From: an uncultured Candidatus Saccharibacteria bacterium
Lineage (GTDB): Bacteria; Patescibacteriota; Minisyncoccia; UBA6257; 1-14-0-10-44-23
Direction: 5' to 3'
DNA length: 64,000 nt
Assembly (NCBI GenBank): GCA_964641225.1
Contig: CAZXKC010000001.1
Span: 23,268 to 87,267, forward strand
The translations under genes and the position numbers were made by a program. Positions 57,800 through 64,000 of this stretch are shown here, piece after piece (within the stretch, counting starts at the first letter, position 1; each line of letters opens with the position of its first letter). The notes below the pieces were generated by a model that was not told where the DNA came from, did not search any database, and saw nothing but the letters and a program-made list of their open reading frames with translations.

Positions 57800-58198
57800 A
57801 TGGGCGTTTTGGAGACGTTGACGCTCGAGTTCATGGACAGCGCGCTGGCACAGGAGGCGGATTTTCTCGACAACCTCGAGAACATCATCGCTTTTCTGTT
57901 GAACAGGCGTATCACTGAGCTGCCCAAGGATTATTGTGGCGGCACTGTTGCCGCCGAGTTCTACGCTGCGCGTCTGCGGCCGGAGCTGATGAAGACGGGT
58001 GTTTCGCCTCGGACTATGCAGGTCAGCCTGCAGAGGTGGATCATCAAGATCAAGGATCTGCGTAGTCGGGCGCAGACCGAGGAGCCGGCTCGCGCATCTG
58101 AGTTGGCCTCGACCGTGACGGCGGCGCTGCCTGAATCGCCTACGGGTCAGCTTGATCGGTTCGTCGACGGGCGGGCCAACGAGTTCATGAAGCGGTAG
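57800..58198 (+). CDS. Hypothetical protein (132 aa) in a GC-elevated (~60%) segment; possible horizontal acquisition
   Basis: AGGAGAG RBS 12 nt upstream. Followed by a GC-rich hairpin. The overlapping minus-strand ORF is rejected. Confidence 0.45.
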   Translation: MGVLETLTLEFMDSALAQEADFLDNLENIIAFLLNRRITELPKDYCGGTVAAEFYAARLRPELMKTGVSPRTMQVSLQRWIIKIKDLRSRAQTEEPARASELASTVTAALPESPTGQLDRFVDGRANEFMKR

Positions 58199-58218
58199 TG
58201 TCTTTCGTCGCACTTAAC

Positions 58219-58248
58219 ACGGCCGACTCCTGCGCAGGAGTCGGCCGT
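58219..58248 (+). terminator. GC-rich hairpin after the 57800-58198 gene
   Basis: acggccgactcctgcgcaggagtcggccgt. Confidence 0.5.
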
Positions 58249-58555
58249 TAGAATTTGTATATTATTGACGCGCCTGATACTGGCGAGCCTGATCTTCGAG
58301 CGCTGCTTTGTCGCGGATAAGAAAGTGGTAGGAGCTCCAGACAAGAAGCACTAAGACCATAAAGCCGATTAAGACTTTAATAAAATGTTTGTGTTCAATA
58401 CTTTTTCGAAATCCGTCTCCAAGTGGTGCCATTGTAATAAGTATAGCCTATCTGCGTCTATCTATTAAAGGCTTGGTAGACGCGAGCCTTGTTATCTTTT
58501 TCTGGAATGATGTGTATTATACACATACACAGGGGCCTGTGATCTGTTTGTCTGT

Positions 58556-59095
58556 ATGCCTACATCCACTAAAAAGATTACTAAACCAGCTCTTAAGCTT
58601 CAATTTTCAGAGGCCTACGACCAGTATGCCGATGCGATTTTTCGGCATTGTTATTTTCGAGTCCGCGACAGGCAGGTAGCGCGGGATTTAATGCAGGAGA
58701 CCTTTACCAAGGCTTGGCTGTATGCCTCGAACGGACGCGGCGCGATCGCCAGTTTGCGGGCATTTTTGTATACCGTAGCTAACCATTTAATTATTGATCG
58801 GAGCCGCAAAAAGAAAGAGGCCTCACTCGAGGCGCTGGCTGAAAATGGATTTGATCCGGGCGAACGCGATACTGCGCTTGGTCGCGATCCGATTGCGGCT
58901 GATGCGGTTCGCGCTATTTTGGAGGATATTAATCCAAAGTATCGTCAAGCACTTCAGCTGCATTATTTTGATGATTTATCTCCGAAAGAGATCGCGCAGG
59001 TGCTTGGCATTAGTAAAAATAACGTCTCTGTCCGGTTGCATTACGGTATTAAGCAGTTGCGACAGCGTTATCCGGCGGCGTATGATCAGTCATAA
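58556..59095 (+). CDS. ECF (sigma-70 family group 4) RNA polymerase sigma factor
   Basis: Region 2 (IFRHCYFRVRDRQVARDLMQETF) and region 4 HTH (LSPKEIAQVLGISKNNVSVRLHYGIKQLR). Confidence 0.8.
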   Translation: MPTSTKKITKPALKLQFSEAYDQYADAIFRHCYFRVRDRQVARDLMQETFTKAWLYASNGRGAIASLRAFLYTVANHLIIDRSRKKKEASLEALAENGFDPGERDTALGRDPIAADAVRAILEDINPKYRQALQLHYFDDLSPKEIAQVLGISKNNVSVRLHYGIKQLRQRYPAAYDQS

Positions 59096-59103
59096 TCAAT
59101 TCT

Positions 59104-59328
59104 ATGCTTGAGGAATTTAAAAAAATTAAACTAACAGATCACGAGCGCGAGCAGGCGCGGGCTGCTTTGCGCGCCGCTATGGAGATGACGCCGGCGGAGT
59201 ATATGATGATGGTGCATAGCCGTGACGGTTCAACGCCGCCGGTATTTTCTGAAAAAGAACTTGAGAAGGTATTGCGTAAAATGACCGGCAAACCGGTCAG
59301 AAAACAAAAAAAACAGAGGCGTGCCTAG
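59104..59328 (+). CDS. Small hypothetical protein (74 aa) downstream of the ECF sigma (anti-sigma role unproven)
   Basis: ORF coupled to the sigma gene. No TM segment. Confidence 0.35.
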   Translation: MLEEFKKIKLTDHEREQARAALRAAMEMTPAEYMMMVHSRDGSTPPVFSEKELEKVLRKMTGKPVRKQKKQRRA

Positions 59329-59329
59329 T

Positions 59330-59361
59330 CTTTTGCTACTGAGCATGCTCAGTAGCAAAAG
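59330..59361 (+). terminator. Perfect 32-nt palindromic hairpin terminator
   Basis: cttttgctactgagcatgctcagtagcaaaag. Confidence 0.55.
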
Positions 59362-59468
59362 GGTTGCACCGTTAATTTACTCGAATATTCGCACTTCGCG
59401 CTGTGTGCGAGGTTGCATCGAGGGCAAAACACATAGCCGCGTCACCCCCTGGGTGACGCGGCATGGTG

Positions 59469-59948
59469 CTACGCGGCTAGACGACTGAGTGATCGACGGC
59501 GAATCTCGTTGCGGACCAAGATCGCTATCTTCCTGACCTCGTTTGCTCCTCTCGGACTATCCGGTTGCTCGAGGGTGTCTTTCTCCGCCGTCTCTGCCTC
59601 AACTATCTCCTCGATTAGGTTGTTGATGTCTTCGAAGAACAGATCAGTTGCGACGCCATTTTCTTCTTCGACGGCTTCTTTTCTTAGGCTTTCTATCTCC
59701 TCGGCGCTGAAAAACTTCGCCGGGTTGAGCTGTCCTCGCTCAATAGCATCTCTGACTTTGAGTCTCCCGCAGACTGTTTCGACGCCACACTCTTTGAGGT
59801 GCTCGGCCCAGTAGATCAGGTGAGTCAGCAGCGGTCCGCCCAAGACCAGGCCGATGACGCATAACAGGATTTCGTTTGGGGCAAAGCCGAACCAGGCGAA
59901 GATGATAATGTCCCAGATCAGCCAACAGATCCAACTGATCAGAGCCAC
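59469..59948 (-). CDS. Two-TM membrane protein with an acidic cytoplasmic tail, hypothetical
   Basis: ORF. A hairpin gccgcgtcaccccctgggtgacgcggc at 59436-59462 lies downstream on the minus strand. Confidence 0.4.
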   Translation of the reverse strand: MALISWICWLIWDIIIFAWFGFAPNEILLCVIGLVLGGPLLTHLIYWAEHLKECGVETVCGRLKVRDAIERGQLNPAKFFSAEEIESLRKEAVEEENGVATDLFFEDINNLIEEIVEAETAEKDTLEQPDSPRGANEVRKIAILVRNEIRRRSLSRLAA

Positions 59949-60187
59949 GGTTTTTCGTCGGACTCTGCCTTAAAGCCCTTGAGGGCCCAGAACAACTTCA
60001 ATTTCTTTCGAGTCAAAAACTTCATGGCGCACTCCTTTAGTGAGCCCTTCCATACTTACCTTAGACCAGCTGGCGGGATTTTTCAACTCCAAGTTTGGAT
60101 TTAATGAAAACACGGTGCCTGCGTCATATACCATGGGTGTTTCTATGACTATATTTTTTGCGGCGAGTCTTCGTGAGCACATGAAAA

Positions 60188-62683
60188 TTGACCGAGAGCG
60201 CGGTTGGCGCTATTTTGGGTATGAGTTTTAGTCTGACAGAAGCATCTATGCCACGCGCGAAAAAAACTGCTTTTTCAGCAGCTGCAAAAAAAGTTGAGGA
60301 GGTGTTGCATATGAAGCTCGGCGAAGACGATCCGCCGGAGACTCATTTTTTTGAGCATGTAATTAATAGTGCTACTGATGGAGTTTTTGCGTATGATACT
60401 GAATTTCGCTACACGCTGTGGAATCCTGCGATGGAGGAGCTCACGGGGTTCTTAAAAGAGGAGGTTCTTGGTAAAGAGATTTTTGAGATATTTCCACCGA
60501 ATCTTGAGCCGGAGCAGAGAAAGCTGTATGAAGATGTCTTAGAAGGACGCAATAGTAGTCTTGAGGAGTGGCCTATCGTCGTGCCGCGGACACAGCAACA
60601 GCGTCTGATTGAAATTTATTTTTCACCACTGCGGGCGCACAAAAAAATCATCGGAGGAGTTGGCGTTGTTCGTGATATTACGCAATATCAGGATTTTAGA
60701 AATGCGGCTCTTGTTGCTGAGCAGAGTTTGCGGTCGTTGTTTGATGCCTCCAGCGACGTGATGGCGATTGTCTCGCTTGATGGTATGTTTACCTCGCTTA
60801 ACCCGGCGTGGGAGGAGTTGACTGGTTGGAGTGTTGAAGAGGGTTTGAAGATGAAATTTATCTCTGTGGTGCATCCTGATGATCGGGCGCCTTTTTTAGA
60901 GGGATTTCAGGCGCTCATACAAGGAAAATCGGCGAAGCCTATTCATGTCAGGGCGCAGAGAAAAGAAGGAGGGCAGCGGCTTGTTGAGGTGGTCGCACGA
61001 TCAATCTCTAAAAATGGGCGTATTATGGGCGTGCTGGCCGTCTGTCGTGACGTAACCGACAAAAAAGCCGGCGAGGACATGTTGCGTACCTGGGCTCATA
61101 TTTTTAGAAATATGAATGTAGGTATAAAAATTGATGACGCTGAAGGTAAGACGGTGCGCATGGTTAACCCGGCGTATGCGTTTATGCATGGGTATACGCA
61201 GGAGGAGGTGATGAATACGCCGACTATTTTGCAGTATCCAAAGGAGCTTAAGCAGGAGCTTGCTAATCACCATGCGATTTTACGAAAAAATGGGTATCAC
61301 GTGTTTGACAGTATTCATGTGCGTAAAGACGGCAGCACCTTTCCGGTGTCTATTGAAGCGACACTGATTAAAGATCAGTTTGGTGTTCCGCAGTATAGAG
61401 CGCTGCTTGTGCGTGATATTACCTCGCGGCGTGAGCTGGAGTATAAGCTTAGCGATTATACGCGCGACCTTGAGCGGAAAATCGTTGAACGAACAAAAGA
61501 GCTTGAGGGTAAACTGGCTCAGGAGGCCCAAGAAAAAGCAGAGGACGAGGCGCTTCTATCAAGTATTGGTGAGGGGGTGATCGTCACCGATGAGCGTGGC
61601 CGAATTATCTTTATTAATCATCAGACTGAGCAATTGCTCGGGTGGGAGTCGCCGGCGGTTGTCGGCAAGAATTTTTCTTCTCTGTTGGTTATCACCGATC
61701 GCAACCACCGAAAATTGCCTGCGGATAGGCAGCCGATTAGATTGGCGCTTAAAGACAGAAAGAAGACCACGACCAGTGATTATTTTTATGTCCGCAGCGA
61801 TGGTACTGATTTCCCGGTGGCGCTTACAACATCACCGGTGACTCTGGGCGAAAAAATTATCGGTGCGATGACGGTGTTTCGCGATATTACTAAGGAAAAG
61901 GAGGTTGACCGGGTTAAGAGTGAGTTTGTCTCGCTGGCAAGTCATCAGTTGCGTACGCCGCTTTCTACGATTAATTGGTATGCAGAAAGTTTATTGAACG
62001 GGAAAATGGCTGCGGTTGATGCGCGGCAAAAGCGGTATATTGAACAAATTTATAATGCGAGCCGAAGAATGGTAAAGCTGATTCACGATCTCCTGCACGT
62101 CTCTCGGCTTGAGCTTGGTACCTTTGGTCTCAATCCTGAACGATTAAAAGTATCCGATGTTATTCATCAGGTGCTTAGCGAGACGGCGCTTCAGGTGAAG
62201 GCGCGGCATCTGAACGTGATTGAGCAGTATGATCGCAAGGCGCCTCTTATCGATATTGACCGACAACTTGCGCATATTGTTTTTGAGAATTTAATCACCA
62301 ATGCTATTAAGTACACCGATGACGGAGGAACAATAACGGTCGAAACGGCGTACTGGCCGAAAGGTCGGCCGGCCTGGGTACCGCCGCAGTGTCCGAATGC
62401 GCCGCTACTAATTTGTGCAGTTACTGATAGCGGGTACGGAATCCCAAAGGCCGTACAAGGACAGGTGTTTACGAAGTTTTTTAGAGCCGCTAATGTGAAG
62501 GAGAAAGACCAGGACGGTACTGGTTTAGGCCTGTATATTGTTAAATCACTGGTAACGCTACTTAAGGGGGCGATCTGGTTTGAATCGCCGGGTAGTACGC
62601 TCTCTGGCGAGAAAACTGGTAGTAAGAGAAAGGGCACGACGTTCTATGTTGCAATTCCGGTTGGGTCTCGAAAATTATTTTAA
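60188..62683 (+). CDS. Multi-PAS sensor histidine kinase
   Basis: Several PAS/PAC modules, HisKA (LASHQLRTPLSTI) and a HATPase_c G-box (DSGYGIP, GTGLGLYIVK). Confidence 0.85.
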   Translation: MTESAVGAILGMSFSLTEASMPRAKKTAFSAAAKKVEEVLHMKLGEDDPPETHFFEHVINSATDGVFAYDTEFRYTLWNPAMEELTGFLKEEVLGKEIFEIFPPNLEPEQRKLYEDVLEGRNSSLEEWPIVVPRTQQQRLIEIYFSPLRAHKKIIGGVGVVRDITQYQDFRNAALVAEQSLRSLFDASSDVMAIVSLDGMFTSLNPAWEELTGWSVEEGLKMKFISVVHPDDRAPFLEGFQALIQGKSAKPIHVRAQRKEGGQRLVEVVARSISKNGRIMGVLAVCRDVTDKKAGEDMLRTWAHIFRNMNVGIKIDDAEGKTVRMVNPAYAFMHGYTQEEVMNTPTILQYPKELKQELANHHAILRKNGYHVFDSIHVRKDGSTFPVSIEATLIKDQFGVPQYRALLVRDITSRRELEYKLSDYTRDLERKIVERTKELEGKLAQEAQEKAEDEALLSSIGEGVIVTDERGRIIFINHQTEQLLGWESPAVVGKNFSSLLVITDRNHRKLPADRQPIRLALKDRKKTTTSDYFYVRSDGTDFPVALTTSPVTLGEKIIGAMTVFRDITKEKEVDRVKSEFVSLASHQLRTPLSTINWYAESLLNGKMAAVDARQKRYIEQIYNASRRMVKLIHDLLHVSRLELGTFGLNPERLKVSDVIHQVLSETALQVKARHLNVIEQYDRKAPLIDIDRQLAHIVFENLITNAIKYTDDGGTITVETAYWPKGRPAWVPPQCPNAPLLICAVTDSGYGIPKAVQGQVFTKFFRAANVKEKDQDGTGLGLYIVKSLVTLLKGAIWFESPGSTLSGEKTGSKRKGTTFYVAIPVGSRKLF

Positions 62684-62702
62684 CGTAACTTTTATAAACA
62701 CT

Positions 62703-63086
62703 ATGGCACCTAAACCGAAAAAGATTTTGATCGTGGAAGATGAGGCACCGCTGCGCGAGGTACTGCGCGATAATTTGGAGCTCGACGGGTTTGCAGTTGT
62801 TGAGGCAAGTAACGGTATGGATGGCCTGAAAATGGCTGATAAGGAAAAGCCTGATTTGATTTTGCTCGATATTTTGATGCCGAAGATGGACGGTATGACG
62901 ATGATGGAAAAGTTCCGCACTACGAAGGGTGGCAATCGCGTCCCGATTATGCTGCTTACGAACGTTTCCGCCGATCGAAAAATTATCAAAAGCCTTATTA
63001 AGTACATGCCAGTGTACTACTTTGATAAATCAAGCCGCACTATCGGTGAAATTATCCTGCGCATTAAGTCGCGACTCGAGGAGTAA
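62703..63086 (+). CDS. Single-domain CheY-like response regulator receiver
   Basis: KILIVEDE...DLILLDILMP with the phospho-acceptor Asp and a conserved Lys. No output domain. Start at 62703 (MAPKPKK). Confidence 0.8.
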   Translation: MAPKPKKILIVEDEAPLREVLRDNLELDGFAVVEASNGMDGLKMADKEKPDLILLDILMPKMDGMTMMEKFRTTKGGNRVPIMLLTNVSADRKIIKSLIKYMPVYYFDKSSRTIGEIILRIKSRLEE

Positions 63087-63140
63087 AAGCCGACAGGCTT
63101 AGGTTTACAGCTCTGTGCTGTCCGTGTACGCTAGAAGGTA

Positions 63141-63812
63141 ATGGTTAGAGTTCGTACGAGTAAAAAAACGAATAGAGCTAAGACGTCGCACGCGCTGAGT
63201 GTTCCGAAATGGCTTGAATGTACGTGGCGAAGAATACCGTGTGGCAGCAAGAGTTGCCCGGTATGCTCTGTGCTTGCTCAAGAGCAAGAAAAGATGGTCG
63301 TAAGCGGTCGGATAGAGGAGGCGATTATCGACGCGCTGGATGATTTACGCTACAGTATCGCTGAATCATTTCTCGCGATTATTGATGGGGCACACGAGAT
63401 TCATCGTGGTCATGCGCGATCGCGCATTGCCGTGAAACGGCATGCGCCGCGTCGTTTTGCGCTCTATAAAACCTGTGATCTATGGCATGAGGCACTGCAC
63501 GAGGTGTGTGATGATGCAGAAGTCAGCGAAAGTATGTGGATCCAGAGTACGGATGCAGCGGACCTTGATTGGTATGTGCATGTGTTGCTTGATTATATTC
63601 ATCGGCACGCAGAATATGTTGCTTTGCATCGACACGGCGCTGCGGCTCAGTCTACCGCTGTTCAATATACCCGCGAGGTGATCAGTCAGACGGCTCAGGT
63701 GCTATACGAGGCGCTCTCTCGCCTGAGTCTTCTTAATTCAAGCGAAAAAGGAGCACTCATGGTGCTGATGGGTCGGTTTGAAAAGCTTAGAAAAGACATA
63801 GCACTACTATGA
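63141..63812 (+). CDS. Hypothetical protein (223 aa)
   Basis: ORF. Cys/His-containing N-terminus. Confidence 0.4.
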   Translation: MVRVRTSKKTNRAKTSHALSVPKWLECTWRRIPCGSKSCPVCSVLAQEQEKMVVSGRIEEAIIDALDDLRYSIAESFLAIIDGAHEIHRGHARSRIAVKRHAPRRFALYKTCDLWHEALHEVCDDAEVSESMWIQSTDAADLDWYVHVLLDYIHRHAEYVALHRHGAAAQSTAVQYTREVISQTAQVLYEALSRLSLLNSSEKGALMVLMGRFEKLRKDIALL

Positions 63813-64000
63813 CCACCAGTAGCGCTCAGCAGCTGCTGCGCAAGCATGCTGATCCTGCACGGGCAAAAATTTCGCGCGGTTTTTTTAAGACCGGACCTGG
63901 CCAGTACGGCGAGGGCGATGTATTTATCGGCGTTACTGTGCCTGCGATTCGGTCCGTGGCTCGCGAGAGTCTGCTGATGTCGCGTGTTGAGGTAAGGCAT
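63809..64000 (+). CDS. DNA alkylation repair (AlkD-like HEAT-repeat glycosylase) protein, 3' partial
   Basis: LLRKHADPARAKISRGFFKTGPGQYGEGDVFIGVTVPAIRSVA matches the AlkC/AlkD N-terminal pattern. Runs off the window. Confidence 0.55.
   Translation, partial: MTTSSAQQLLRKHADPARAKISRGFFKTGPGQYGEGDVFIGVTVPAIRSVARESLLMSRVEVRH

Noticed and set aside
57773-58213. Minus-strand 146-aa ORF fully antisense to 57800-58198
   Set aside because: Arg/Pro/Leu/Gln-rich, as expected for antisense GC-rich ORFs. No RBS.
1-64000. CRISPR arrays
   Set aside because: No series of regularly spaced direct repeats was seen anywhere. The only multi-copy short repeats are the three 30-nt motifs, which are spaced ~1-1.6 kb apart.

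Overview
The window reads as a small-genome bacterial chromosome. A Candidate-Phyla-Radiation or Saccharibacteria-like organism is an inference from gene content and the ~45-55% GC background, not a verified assignment.

Layout, left to right:
- 1-6.3 kb: a housekeeping block. It holds the gyrB 3' end with a K/E/A-rich insertion, secE-nusG-rplK closed by a strong terminator (no rplA follows), a tmk-like kinase, gatB, a MazG-like gene and tRNA-Asn(GTT).
- About 6.3-36 kb: an AT-richer accessory region organised as three tandem islands. Each island is bounded on its left by a minus-strand large serine recombinase gene, at 6287-7768, 21769-23121 and 30660-32258.
  - Island 1 abuts tRNA-Asn. It carries a Dcm plus PLD-family restriction-modification pair, a co-directional NUDIX / RibD_C / DUF3800 / P-loop kinase / TehB-like methyltransferase fusion / APH-like kinase cluster, and a three-gene ABC-3C-type conflict system.
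  - Island 2 carries a ParB-nuclease plus DNA methyltransferase fusion with a terminase-small-subunit-like HTH gene, and several hydrolases and oxidoreductases.
  - Island 3 carries an RNase H-domain protein and several hypothetical proteins.
- A ~170-nt structured element with GNRA loops and compensatory base changes occurs twice, at 10.92 kb and 23.77 kb, each time directly upstream of the first rightward cargo gene of an island.
- 36.0-43.6 kb: one 2543-aa secreted protein with an SpvB/Tc-like N-terminus, an FG-GAP propeller, two near-identical LamG-like modules, RHS/YD repeats, an RHS core and a C-terminal variable toxin tip. It is followed by a small two-TM immunity-like gene.
- 44-54 kb: a run of small stress or detoxification genes. 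Three of them are preceded by a shared ~30-nt upstream motif.
- Two strongly GC-elevated genes, at 46151-46594 and 57800-58198, look horizontally acquired from a high-GC donor.
- The 3' end holds a DEAD-box helicase, TrmH, an EamA transporter, an ECF sigma factor, a multi-PAS histidine kinase, a CheY-like receiver and a partial AlkD-like gene.

No CRISPR array, no rRNA and no transposase of a classical IS family were seen. All family assignments below come from motif recognition by eye, not from searches.
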